A DNA stretch of 64,000 nucleotides from Candidatus Woesebacteria bacterium GW2011_GWA1_39_21 (lineage in GTDB: Bacteria > Patescibacteriota > Microgenomatia > UBA8517): positions 5,356-69,355 of the forward strand of contig LBWP01000006.1 of assembly GCA_000993685.1 (NCBI GenBank). The letters run 5' to 3'. Every line of letters starts with the position of its first letter. The stretch's first letter is position 1. Below, one piece after another: positions 28,400-38,321 of this stretch. A program made the translations under genes and the position numbers. Below the pieces are notes generated by a model. It did no database searches. It was not told the DNA's origin and worked only from the letters and a program-made list of their open reading frames with translations.

Positions 28400-28978
28400 A
28401 TGATATGGGTAATTCTTATTCCTTTAGTTATTGTCGTATTTTATTTAATCGCGACATACAATTTTTTTGTTTCGAGTAAAGCTAGAATTAAGGCTGCTAT
28501 CCAAGAAATTGGTAATCAGTTAAAAAGACAGGTAGAACTTATCCCAAACCTAGAAAGTTCGACTAAGGGCTATCTAAAACACGAAAAAGGAATTTTTGAC
28601 AAATTAACCGAAGCAAGAAAGTCGATTACAAAAGCAATTGAATCGGGAGACGTTCAAAAGATGGCTGATGCTGCTAATAAACTGGCAACACTATTGCCTG
28701 ACCTGAAAGTTATTGTTGAAAGTAATCCTCAAATCAAAGGCGCAGAGGTTGTCACTAAATTGATGGATGAACTTAGAGACACCTCGGATAAGGTCATGTA
28801 CGCAAGAAGACTTTTAATTGATCTTTCTGCGGACTATAACGTTAAAAGAGCAAGCTTTCCTTCAAATTTAGTTGCATTGATGTTTTCCTTTGCAGAGATG
28901 CAAGGACTAAAAACACCGGAAAACGAAATGGAAGTTAAAGAAGCTGAAATGCAGACGCCAAAAGTCGATTTAGACTAA
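28400..28978 (+). CDS. lemA: LemA family protein
   Basis: N-terminal TM helix plus the conserved LemA pattern (SKARIKAAIQEIGNQLKRQVELIPNL). Strong SD GGAGGTG upstream. Confidence 0.75.
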   Translation: MIWVILIPLVIVVFYLIATYNFFVSSKARIKAAIQEIGNQLKRQVELIPNLESSTKGYLKHEKGIFDKLTEARKSITKAIESGDVQKMADAANKLATLLPDLKVIVESNPQIKGAEVVTKLMDELRDTSDKVMYARRLLIDLSADYNVKRASFPSNLVALMFSFAEMQGLKTPENEMEVKEAEMQTPKVDLD

Positions 28979-29054
28979 AAGGATTTTTTTTGAAATCCAG
29001 ATTTATAATCTGTAGTTAACGGCTAGATCTCTAGCCAGTGTTTTTGTTGCAATT

Positions 29055-29987
29055 ATGAAAAACATCTACGAGGTTAAAAGCCAAAACCAGTTCAAGAGTT
29101 TCGTGGTAGTTGGGTTTTTTTTACTTTTTTCAACGCTCGCAATTTACTTTTTAACCAAAGCCTTTGCTTATTATACGGGCTATACTCCAGGAGGATTGGG
29201 GTACTTGGGAGTTGCACTTATCTTTTCAGGCATTACAACTTTTTTCAGTTACTTTTACAGTGATAAAATCGTTCTAACCCTTTCGCAAGCACACCCGGCA
29301 GATAAGAGAAGATATTTTAATTTCTACACCGCCGTTGAAAATTTAACTCTCTCACAGGGTATGCCGGTCCCAAAATTGTATGTCGTTAGCGACAGTGCTC
29401 CCAATGCCTTTGCAACCGGAAGAAATGCCGATCATGCAGTAGTATGTGTAACAACCGGACTTCTGGACAAGCTCAACAAAACCGAACTCGAGGGTGTGCT
29501 TGCACACGAACTGACACATATCAAAAATTACGACATGCTTTTGATGTCGCTTGTTTCAGTGATGGTTGGAGTGATTGCACTTTTAGGTGATTGGCTACTT
29601 CGGGCTTCATGGTTTGGCCGGAGGAAAGATTCCAATCGTGAGGGTGGGCAGTTAGGTGCAATTATTATGGTTATTGGGATTATCTTTGCTTTAGTTTCCC
29701 CAATAGTTTCACAGTTAATCCAACTTGCAATTTCACGAAGAAGAGAATTTATGGCCGATGCCGGTTCCGTTGAAATTACACGTCAGCCTAGTGGATTAAT
29801 TAGTGCGTTGCAAAAACTCGAATCAGATTCTGAACCTTTGGAGGTTGCAAACAAAGCAACCGCGCATCTTTACATTGTCAACCCTTTTAAAAATCAAATA
29901 AAAGGAGCTGTTGGATGGTTTGCCGGACTTTTTAATACACATCCACCAATTGATCAAAGGATAAAAGCGTTAAAACAGATGGCCTAA
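29055..29987 (+). CDS. htpX: M48 family zinc metalloprotease, HtpX homolog
   Basis: HEXXH motif LAHELTHIKNYD; downstream EFMADAGS motif; four TM segments. Confidence 0.85.
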   Translation: MKNIYEVKSQNQFKSFVVVGFFLLFSTLAIYFLTKAFAYYTGYTPGGLGYLGVALIFSGITTFFSYFYSDKIVLTLSQAHPADKRRYFNFYTAVENLTLSQGMPVPKLYVVSDSAPNAFATGRNADHAVVCVTTGLLDKLNKTELEGVLAHELTHIKNYDMLLMSLVSVMVGVIALLGDWLLRASWFGRRKDSNREGGQLGAIIMVIGIIFALVSPIVSQLIQLAISRRREFMADAGSVEITRQPSGLISALQKLESDSEPLEVANKATAHLYIVNPFKNQIKGAVGWFAGLFNTHPPIDQRIKALKQMA

Positions 29988-30026
29988 ACCAACAAGTAGA
30001 CTTAGAGCAACTAAGAGAATTAAACA

Positions 30027-30055
30027 TTGACAAATTTGGCTAATCATATTTAAAT
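30027..30055 (+). promoter_or_regulatory. candidate sigma70-like promoter (perfect TTGACA -35, 17-nt spacer, TTAAAT -10-like hexamer) placing a transcription start at the ATG of a 31-codon hydrophobic ORF (30062-30157)
   Basis: Read directly from the sequence; no SD, so a leaderless arrangement is implied. Speculative. Confidence 0.2.
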
Positions 30056-30258
30056 GTTTGCATGGAAGGTACAGTAGGTATCGTTGTTTTATTAGTTTTC
30101 GCCTTTTTAGCAATCGCTATTTTATATTTCGCAAATAAGTTCACCCACAAAAGGTAAGCTATTTTCCTGCTCCATAATATTATAACAGCGTTCAAGAAAA
30201 CCCAACCCTTCAGGGTGGGGATGACCCGCCTGCTTAGCTGCGCAAGCTAGCGGGCAGG

Positions 30259-30376
30259 ATTGAACTCTGAAAATGTGCAAACAGAGTTAAGCTTTGCTTT
30301 TGATAAAATCTTAAGCACGCTTATATGTCATCCTCCTTGGGGAAACCCCGCCTTTTAAGGCGGGGAGGATGTCATT
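30259..30376 (-). mobile_element. miniature palindromic repeat element, copy B (inverted relative to copy A; carries an extra 23-nt internal insert)
   Basis: The 57-nt and 37-nt blocks are identical to 20830-20924 in reverse complement; intergenic location. Confidence 0.6.
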
Positions 30377-30475
30377 GAATTTCTTTGCGAAATCCACGGA
30401 CTAAAGTCCGTGGATGAAGCAAGAATCCAATCTCGTCGACAAAATACCATAGGCTTTAGCCCGTAGTAGTTTATT
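30374..30475 (+). repeat. 102-nt dispersed repeat, copy 2; directly abuts and overlaps by 3 nt the end of palindromic element copy B
   Basis: About 90% identity to 22697-22798; contains the perfect hairpin ccacggactaaagtccgtgg. Confidence 0.6.
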
Positions 30476-30520
30476 CTTGTATGAAAATATATTAAGTTAT
30501 ATCATTGACATGAAGCTGTT

Positions 30521-30862
30521 ATGGTAAATATAAAATATCTCGCGGGTTTGGCAAATCTTGCTGTATCCGAGCAAGAAGCTAAAACATTTGGAAAACAACT
30601 CAAAGACATCATCGCTCTCATTTCAAAATTAAACGAAGTTGATACAAAGGATGTTGAACTCCATCGCAGTAGAATCGATCTGACATCAGATAAGTACTTG
30701 GAAGATGTTTGCAGCACTTCGCTTCCAACCCGATCCGTTCTTTATAACGCTGCGTCAAAGCATAACGATTATTTTAGTGTTGATCTGATTCTTGAGAATA
30801 AACAACTCATGCCTAAGAGCCCTGAGTTTTCGCGAAGTTTGAATAAAAAGATTTCAAAATGA
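30521..30862 (+). CDS. gatC: Asp/Glu-tRNA amidotransferase subunit C with C-terminal extension
   Basis: LAVSEQEAKTFGKQLKDIIALISKLNEVDTKDVE matches the GatC core; stop overlaps the gatA start. Confidence 0.75.
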   Translation: MVNIKYLAGLANLAVSEQEAKTFGKQLKDIIALISKLNEVDTKDVELHRSRIDLTSDKYLEDVCSTSLPTRSVLYNAASKHNDYFSVDLILENKQLMPKSPEFSRSLNKKISK

Positions 30863-32265
30863 AATTGCCGATTAATTACCAGCAGCAAAAGAAACTAATT
30901 AGTGAGAAAAAGACCACGCATGTTGAAATTCTTGATGGCTACCTTGAAAGAATTGAAAAATACGACAAGAAGGTAAACTCTTTTCTGACGCTCATGAAGG
31001 AGAGCAGCTACAAGCAAGCAAGGCTATGCGATAAGTTGTTTTCAGAATTGGGTGAGGATGTTTACAAAAAATATCCGCTATTGGGTTTTGTAGTTTCCTT
31101 AAAAGACCTGTACGCGGCTGAGAGCGTCAGGACAACAGCTTCTTCAAAAGTTTTAGACGATTATACATCCCCTTATGATTCGACTGCTGTTTCCCGCTTA
31201 AGGGCCGACGGCTGTATTTTTATAGGTAAGACTAACTGCGATGCATGGGCACACGGTTCTTCCGGTGAAAACTCCGATTACGGCCCAACAAAAAACCCAT
31301 GGAACTTTGACTTCGTTCCCGGCGGATCCTCTAGTGGTTCGGCCGTAAGCGTTACCTGTGATTTTTGTCTCGCATCCACAGGGACCGACACAGGTGGATC
31401 TATCAGGTTACCGGCAAACTTTTGCGGTGTTGTCGGCTTAAAACCAACCTGGGGCGCAATTTCCAGGTATGGGGTGGTTGCTATGGCATCATCGCTTGAT
31501 TGCGTCGGCTTTTTTGCCAACTCAAGTGAAGACGCAAGAAGTCTTTTTAATGCGACAAAAGGCATAGACGGCTTTGACGCAACGGTAACAAATGTTACAC
31601 CGGCAAAACTTAAAAATGATTACACAATTGGTATCGCGAAAGAATATTTGAACGATGGGGTCAATCCTCAAGTTAAAAACGAGCTAAAAAGAGTAATTTC
31701 AACTTTGGAAAATAACGGCTTTACCATTAAAGATGTCAGCCTGCCATTAACCGAACATGCAATCTCCGTTTATTACATCATCCAACCGGCAGAGGTTTCG
31801 TCAAATCTTGCCAGATATGACGGGGTAAGATACGGACATGACAGGTCGTACTTCGCACCTGAAGCCAAGCGAAGAATTATTCTAGGTACACATGTTTTGT
31901 CAGAAGGTTATTATGATGCTTTTTATATCAAGGCTATGAAAGTCAGAGAAAAGATTATTGAAGAATTTGATCGGGTACTTAACGAAGTCGATGCGATTAT
32001 CGCTCCCGTTTCACCGACGCCGCCCTTTAAACTGGGGGAGAAAGCGCAAGATCCACTACAGATGTATCTTGCCGACATCTATACAGTTGCAGCAAATATC
32101 GCCGGTATCCCAGCACTGGCCATCCCCTCAAATATTACAACTCAAAATTTACCCTTAGGTTTTCAGCTACTAGGAAAAAGGTTTAATGAAGAAGTACTTT
32201 TTGATATCGCTAACAAATTTGAATCTGTTAACACAAAACATCCCGGAAAGGCGCAACTTTTATGA
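30859..32265 (+). CDS. gatA: Asp/Glu-tRNA amidotransferase subunit A (amidase)
   Basis: Amidase signature GGSSSGSAVSV; Ser-cisSer-Lys triad context; 468 aa. Confidence 0.9.
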   Translation: MKLPINYQQQKKLISEKKTTHVEILDGYLERIEKYDKKVNSFLTLMKESSYKQARLCDKLFSELGEDVYKKYPLLGFVVSLKDLYAAESVRTTASSKVLDDYTSPYDSTAVSRLRADGCIFIGKTNCDAWAHGSSGENSDYGPTKNPWNFDFVPGGSSSGSAVSVTCDFCLASTGTDTGGSIRLPANFCGVVGLKPTWGAISRYGVVAMASSLDCVGFFANSSEDARSLFNATKGIDGFDATVTNVTPAKLKNDYTIGIAKEYLNDGVNPQVKNELKRVISTLENNGFTIKDVSLPLTEHAISVYYIIQPAEVSSNLARYDGVRYGHDRSYFAPEAKRRIILGTHVLSEGYYDAFYIKAMKVREKIIEEFDRVLNEVDAIIAPVSPTPPFKLGEKAQDPLQMYLADIYTVAANIAGIPALAIPSNITTQNLPLGFQLLGKRFNEEVLFDIANKFESVNTKHPGKAQLL

Positions 32266-33521
32266 AAGAAGATATTACCTTCTTATTTAAAAATACAAAA
32301 TTTCCTTACCTCTGGTTTTCTCAGATTTTTTCGCAGATAACGATCAACATGATGAATTATCTTCTTTTGATCAGGCTTTATGAAAATACCAACTCAACTT
32401 TGGCCATTTCGTTTCTTTGGGTTTCGTATTCATTGCCGGTGATATTAATCGGACCCGTTGCTTATGCAATGGTTGACATTTTAGACAGGAGAAAGGTTTT
32501 AATTGCCACAAACTTCTTCCAAGCTATGCTGGTATTTTTTTACGCAATCTACGCACGAAGTTTTGTCTTTGGAGCGTATGGAATCGCTTTTTTTTACTCT
32601 CTCTTAAACCAATTTTATGTTCCATCGGAAAGTTCCTCTATTACGAGTCTGGTGGAGAGGAAATATTTACCACAAGCAAACGGCTTATTTTTCGTCACCC
32701 AACAGTTATCTTTGATTTTGGGATTTGCACTCGCTAGTGTAATTAATAATTTTATTGGTTTTGATCTTTCACTGTACGTTTGTGCCGCCTTTTTGTTTAT
32801 TGGATTTATTTCAGTAACATTTTTACCAAAAATGAAATTTTCTGAAAAGCAAAAGGGGGATGTAGAAAATGGAATTATCAGCTTCTTTCAATCGATATAC
32901 AGCGGTTATAAATATATTAGAACAAACAAGAATATTTTTATTACCTTGGCGGTTTTAATTTCGGTTCAAATCATGTACTCGATCATTGTGATTAGCGTTC
33001 CCACAATTTCCGAAACGCTACTCGATGTTCCTGCGAAATTGTCCGGTGTTTTTTTGGTTATTCCCGCCGGGATCGGGTCGATGCTTGGAGCAATCTATAT
33101 CCCAATGTTTCTTAAAAACAAATGGCGCAAACGTCGGTTAGTCGAAACTTCACTTTTGGTTATCGCAACCCTTCTTTTCACTGAAACTTTTCTTATTTAC
33201 TACTTGCCGGCTGTTGCGCGCTTAATTATCTCAGGCGTGATTATTCTGTTTATCGGCGTCTTTTTTACCGGAATTCTTATTCCCTCACAAACTTTTCTTC
33301 AGGAAAATACAAGCGACGAATACAAAGGCAGGATTTTCGGAAACATGTGGTTTATTACAACAATAGCAACTGTCATCCCGGTCATCTTCTACGGCTTTTT
33401 TACCGAGCTTTTTGGTATAAAACTTGTTTTGGCTTCCATTTCATTTGCGTGCCTTACCATGTATTATTTCTCGAAAAGAGACAATCTAAAGTTTTTTGAA
33501 TATGAAAAAAATAAATCCTGA
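32262..33521 (+). CDS. MFS transporter
   Basis: 419 aa with 12 predicted TM helices; inserted between gatA and gatB. Confidence 0.7.
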   Translation: MKEDITFLFKNTKFPYLWFSQIFSQITINMMNYLLLIRLYENTNSTLAISFLWVSYSLPVILIGPVAYAMVDILDRRKVLIATNFFQAMLVFFYAIYARSFVFGAYGIAFFYSLLNQFYVPSESSSITSLVERKYLPQANGLFFVTQQLSLILGFALASVINNFIGFDLSLYVCAAFLFIGFISVTFLPKMKFSEKQKGDVENGIISFFQSIYSGYKYIRTNKNIFITLAVLISVQIMYSIIVISVPTISETLLDVPAKLSGVFLVIPAGIGSMLGAIYIPMFLKNKWRKRRLVETSLLVIATLLFTETFLIYYLPAVARLIISGVIILFIGVFFTGILIPSQTFLQENTSDEYKGRIFGNMWFITTIATVIPVIFYGFFTELFGIKLVLASISFACLTMYYFSKRDNLKFFEYEKNKS

Positions 33522-34863
33522 ATATATTCCAATCATCGGCCTCGAGGTCCACATTGAATTGAATACCAAAAGGAAAATGTTTTGTCGCTGTTGTGCCGAG
33601 CATTTTCTCCAAGCTGCTAACTCCAACACCTGTCCGACATGTCTAGGTCTACCCGGGGCCATGCCATACCCAAATAAAACAGCTATTGAAAATACAGTTC
33701 TCTTTGGCCTGGCTTTAGGATGCAAAATCAACAAGTATTCGAAGTTTGACCGAAAACATTATTTTTATCCCGACCTTCCGAAGGGTTACCAAATTACTCA
33801 GTACGATTTGCCATTTTGCTTAAACGGAAAATGGGAATCCCCTGATGGCAAATTTTATCAGATTAGAAGAGTCCATCTAGAAGAAGACACGGGTAAGCTC
33901 CAGCACAAAAATATTGGCGATAAAAAAATGTCGTTAATCGACTTTAACAGAAGCGGTGTACCCTTAATGGAACTCGTCACCGAGCCTTCTTTTCATAACC
34001 CGGATGACGTTTTGGCTTTTTTGAAGGATATTCAGACATTGGCAAGGTATTTACAAATTTCAAACGCTGACATGGAAAAAGGTTCGATGCGCCTAGAGGC
34101 AAACATATCCTTAACCAAGATAACTAAACAACTGGGGATTGACGAAAAAAATATAAAGCTTCCAGATTACAAAGTGGAGCTGAAAAATATCAATTCTTTT
34201 AGATTTTTGAAAAATGCCATTCATGCAGAAATTGTTAGGCAAACAAATCTTCTTTCCCGCGGTGAAAAGATCAAACAGGAGACGCGCGGTTATGATGAAC
34301 AAACAAATAGCACATATTCTCAAAGATCAAAGGAGAATGTTAAAGATTACCGATATTTTCCAGAACCAGATATTCCGTCAATTGTAATTGAAGATGAAAC
34401 GGTCGCAATTATTCAAAAACGATTGGTAGAGTCTCCTTGGGAGAAAAGAAAAAGGTATATTAAAGAATTTGGACTCAGCCAAAATTACGCCCAAATTCTC
34501 ACATCCGACTTAAATCGCGGCGCCTATTTCGAAAAGCTGTATCGCTTAACTAAAAAACACCATTTAAACACAAAAAAGGTTGTCGATCTTATGATCAACA
34601 AAAATTACGATCAGAAATTTCCAACGCCGCAGGGTCTAGTTTTAGATTTATTAAAAACCATAAAAACCCAATCGCCTTCCGATGAGCAACTGGATAGGGC
34701 TGTTTCGGAAGTGCTTATTTCACAACGAAAGGCGGTTTCCGACTATAAATCCGGAAAGGAAAACGCGCTCGGCTTTCTAATCGGCGCCGTGTCGCGAAAA
34801 CTCTCCGGAAAGGGTGATGCAATGACAATTAGAGATAAGTTAACGGAATCGCTTGGTAAATGA
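33496..34863 (+). CDS. gatB: Asp/Glu-tRNA amidotransferase subunit B
   Basis: PIIGLEVHIELNTKRKMFC...CPTCLGLPGAMP is the GatB N-terminal signature. Confidence 0.9.
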   Translation: MNMKKINPEYIPIIGLEVHIELNTKRKMFCRCCAEHFLQAANSNTCPTCLGLPGAMPYPNKTAIENTVLFGLALGCKINKYSKFDRKHYFYPDLPKGYQITQYDLPFCLNGKWESPDGKFYQIRRVHLEEDTGKLQHKNIGDKKMSLIDFNRSGVPLMELVTEPSFHNPDDVLAFLKDIQTLARYLQISNADMEKGSMRLEANISLTKITKQLGIDEKNIKLPDYKVELKNINSFRFLKNAIHAEIVRQTNLLSRGEKIKQETRGYDEQTNSTYSQRSKENVKDYRYFPEPDIPSIVIEDETVAIIQKRLVESPWEKRKRYIKEFGLSQNYAQILTSDLNRGAYFEKLYRLTKKHHLNTKKVVDLMINKNYDQKFPTPQGLVLDLLKTIKTQSPSDEQLDRAVSEVLISQRKAVSDYKSGKENALGFLIGAVSRKLSGKGDAMTIRDKLTESLGK

Positions 34864-37800
34864 TATGTCAAAATTTGTGCATCTTCACCTTCACACGGAG
34901 TATTCTCTATTAGACGGACTGTGCAAAATTAGCCCTTTGATTTCTTATGTTAAAGCAAGCGGGATGGACGCTCTCGCAATTACCGATCATGGAACAATGT
35001 ATGGGGTCATTGAATTTTACAAAAAATGCAAAGCCGAAGGAATAAAACCAGTCATCGGTGTCGAAGGCTATATCTGCCGCGATCTGAAAGTCAAAGACCG
35101 AACTTCAAAATATAATCATATTATTCTTCTTGCAAAAAACGAAGTTGGGTATAAGAATCTAATGCGGATAACGTCGATTGCCCACATTGAAGGTTATTAT
35201 TATAAGCCTCGTTTTGATTTTGAAGTTTTAAAAAAATATTCCAAGGGTTTAATCTGCACTACTGCATGCGGACAGGGCGAGGTCCCCCAAGCACTTAACA
35301 ATGATGGTTACGATGCAGGTAAAAAGGTTGTTGAAAAATATGCCGACATTTTTAAAGACGATTTTTATATTGAACTTCAGTTTCGAGATTACACAGAAGC
35401 CTTAAAGAATGCTAAAAATGACGAAATCAAAACCCAGCTTCTTGATATGCAGGACTTCAAAGACAAAGTTAATCCCATGCTGGTCAAACTAAGCCGTGAC
35501 ATGGGCATTCCGATTGTTGCGACAAACGATTGTCACTACATTAAAAAAGAAGACGCGATAGCTCAGGACGCAGCTGTTTGTATTGCAACAGGAAAGACCG
35601 TTGATGAAACAAAAAGATTGCGCTATATCGATAATCCCGACTATTACGTCAAAACACCACAAGAAATGGAGAAGGTTTTCGCGCAATATCCAGACGCGAT
35701 AAAAAACACGCTTAAAATTGCCGACAAAACAGATCTTGAAATTTCGACATTGGGAAAATGGTTCTTCCCAAAAATCAAGTTACCTGATAACTACTCGGCT
35801 GATGATTACCTGCAAAAGCTGGTTTATAAGCAGCTGAAAAAGAAATTTAAAAATCCCAGCCAAGAAGAAGTTACGCGCATCGAATACGAACTCAATATTA
35901 TTAAAACGAAGGGTTATTCTGCATACTTTTTAATTGTTAGGGATTTTGTCAGTTGGTGCACGTCACACGGAATCATTACCAATACCAGAGGCTCTGCTGC
36001 GGGATCTTTCGTCTCCTATTTAATAGGTATCACAAAGGTCAACCCCCTTGAGTATTACTTACCGTTTGAACGTTTCTTAAACCCATACCGACCAAGTCCA
36101 CCCGATATCGACCTTGACATCGCCGACGACAGAAGAGAAGAGTTGATTCGTTATATTTCCAAACACTATGGTGTCGAAAATGTAGCCCAACTCTGTACTT
36201 TCGGTCGAATGCTCTCGAGACAATCAGTCCGTGACACTGCGCGAGTTTTAGGTTATGAGTATGCCGTCGGAGATCGAATTTCTAAACTTATCCCACCCCC
36301 CAAACAGGGTTTTCCCATAACAATTCCAAAAGCGTTGGGGACAATTGAAGAATTAAAAAATCTTTACGACTCCGACTCCGATACTAAAAAAATTATCGAT
36401 CTTGCCCTTCAAATTGAAGGTAACGCCAGACACGTTTCTGTCCATGCAGCAGGAGTTGTTATTTCACCGACAGCAATTACTGATTTTACACCCATCCAAC
36501 GCGAGCCGTCGGGCGATAAAATTATAACGCAATACGAAATGCATTCGGCCGAAGATGTTGGCCTAATCAAATTCGATGTTCTTGGAATCAGAAACTTAGC
36601 GATTCTCGGAAGTTCGATTAAAATTGCCAAGGAAACCAAAGGTGTCGATATCGATATTAATAAAATTCCACTCGACGACAAAAAAACATTTAAGATGCTT
36701 GGTAAAGGCCAAACGATGGGCGTATTCCAGCTCGCAAGCACCGGGATGACCAAATACTTAATAGATCTTAAACCTGAAAGAATTGAGGATTTAATGGTAA
36801 TGGTTGCACTTTACCGACCCGGTCCAATTGCCGTAATTCCCGACTATATTAAAAGAAAACAAAACCCAGAACTTGTGAAATATCTCGATCCGCGGATGGA
36901 AAAGTTCTTAAACGCCTCATATGGTTTGATTGTCTACCAAGACGATCTCTTGTTTTGTGCAATTGAGCTTGGTGGCTACAGCTGGGAGGAGGCTGATAAA
37001 TTCCGAAAAGCCGTAGGTAAGAAAATCCCGGAAGAAATGGCTGCTCAGAAAGAAAAGTTTATCAAAGGAACAATTGCTAACGGTCAGACGGAAAAATTTG
37101 CCAATGAACTTTGGAGGCTCTTTGAGCCATTCCAATCATACGGATTCAACAAATCACACGCCGCGTCCTACGGAATGGTCGCCTACCAAACAGCTTACAT
37201 GAAAGCTAATTTCCCGGTCGAATTTATGTGTGCACTGTTAACCGCGGAAAGCGCTGACAAAATTAAAATCGCTGCTGCTATCCACGAATGTAAACGAATG
37301 GGAATTTCAGTGCTTCCACCTGACATTAACGAAAGCAGTGTTGACTTTACGATTGTAAAGGATGATAAGTCGCTCGACGGTGGCGCAATACGTTTTGGTT
37401 TAAACGCAATTAAAAATGTTGGAAACGCCGCCGTTGAAAGCATCCTTGGTGAACGAGCTAACGGCAGGTTCAAAAATATTTTGGATTTTCTAAAACGAAC
37501 CGATAGCCGAAAGGTTAATAAAAAAGTCCTTGAAAGTCTTATTAAAGTCGGAGCTTTTGCTTCTTTTGGCAAAAGGTCGACTTTGTTAAATCACCTTGAT
37601 GAAATTAGGGGAAAAGTTACACAAAATAGTACAAACAAAAACCAGCAAGCGCTTTTTACAACCCCGAATAATGATCTTGATAATGAAACGCTTGTCCAAT
37701 ATTATGAAGGCGATGAATTCTCTGAAGAAGAAATCAGCGCCTTTGAAAAAGCACTTCTTGGACTTTCACTGTCAGGAAAGTCGGTTAATGAACTTCTGGA

Positions 37801-38311
37801 AAAAATTAAAGCCTATGCCGACTGTAATATCTCCGATCTGTCTAGTTTTGAGCAAAAAAATGGCACCGTAAAAATTGCCGCTGTAATTTCTGAGGTGAGA
37901 ATAATCATTACAAAAAAGTCCGGACAGGAAATGTCGTTTATGAAAGTCGAGGATGAAACCGGATCATTGGAAGTAGTGATTTTTCCAGGTGTTTTTGAAA
38001 AATACAAAAATACGCTCAATGAAGGACGGGCAATATTAATTAAAGGAAAGGTTGATGAAAAAAACGACAAGCCCGCTTTTCTTGCCGATGATATTCAAAT
38101 TGAACCGGACGAAGATATAATTACGATTGTCATAAAAGACAGTAACGACGTTGAATCTTTGAAAAGATTGAAGAAATTTCTTTTAACTATCCCCGGAAGA
38201 AATGGTGTTAGTCTTTTGTTTGAAAAAAATAATTTTAGGAAAAAATTGAGTATCAAAATTAACTGGAATGAGGAAAATGCAAGGCAAATATCCTCCATTC
38301 TGAACAATTAG
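34853..38311 (+). CDS. dnaE: DNA polymerase III alpha subunit
   Basis: PHP N-terminus FVHLHLHTEYSLLDG; 1152 aa; polymerase core motifs throughout. Confidence 0.95.
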   Translation: MVNDMSKFVHLHLHTEYSLLDGLCKISPLISYVKASGMDALAITDHGTMYGVIEFYKKCKAEGIKPVIGVEGYICRDLKVKDRTSKYNHIILLAKNEVGYKNLMRITSIAHIEGYYYKPRFDFEVLKKYSKGLICTTACGQGEVPQALNNDGYDAGKKVVEKYADIFKDDFYIELQFRDYTEALKNAKNDEIKTQLLDMQDFKDKVNPMLVKLSRDMGIPIVATNDCHYIKKEDAIAQDAAVCIATGKTVDETKRLRYIDNPDYYVKTPQEMEKVFAQYPDAIKNTLKIADKTDLEISTLGKWFFPKIKLPDNYSADDYLQKLVYKQLKKKFKNPSQEEVTRIEYELNIIKTKGYSAYFLIVRDFVSWCTSHGIITNTRGSAAGSFVSYLIGITKVNPLEYYLPFERFLNPYRPSPPDIDLDIADDRREELIRYISKHYGVENVAQLCTFGRMLSRQSVRDTARVLGYEYAVGDRISKLIPPPKQGFPITIPKALGTIEELKNLYDSDSDTKKIIDLALQIEGNARHVSVHAAGVVISPTAITDFTPIQREPSGDKIITQYEMHSAEDVGLIKFDVLGIRNLAILGSSIKIAKETKGVDIDINKIPLDDKKTFKMLGKGQTMGVFQLASTGMTKYLIDLKPERIEDLMVMVALYRPGPIAVIPDYIKRKQNPELVKYLDPRMEKFLNASYGLIVYQDDLLFCAIELGGYSWEEADKFRKAVGKKIPEEMAAQKEKFIKGTIANGQTEKFANELWRLFEPFQSYGFNKSHAASYGMVAYQTAYMKANFPVEFMCALLTAESADKIKIAAAIHECKRMGISVLPPDINESSVDFTIVKDDKSLDGGAIRFGLNAIKNVGNAAVESILGERANGRFKNILDFLKRTDSRKVNKKVLESLIKVGAFASFGKRSTLLNHLDEIRGKVTQNSTNKNQQALFTTPNNDLDNETLVQYYEGDEFSEEEISAFEKALLGLSLSGKSVNELLEKIKAYADCNISDLSSFEQKNGTVKIAAVISEVRIIITKKSGQEMSFMKVEDETGSLEVVIFPGVFEKYKNTLNEGRAILIKGKVDEKNDKPAFLADDIQIEPDEDIITIVIKDSNDVESLKRLKKFLLTIPGRNGVSLLFEKNNFRKKLSIKINWNEENARQISSILNN

Positions 38312-38321
38312 TTTTCAATTC

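Noticed and set aside
29030-29048. Palindrome ggctaga-tc-tctagcc just upstream of htpX, as a possible terminator.
   Set aside because: The loop is too short and it lies upstream of the htpX start rather than after a gene end with a U-tract; the following T-run is weak. It may simply be a restriction-site-like palindrome.
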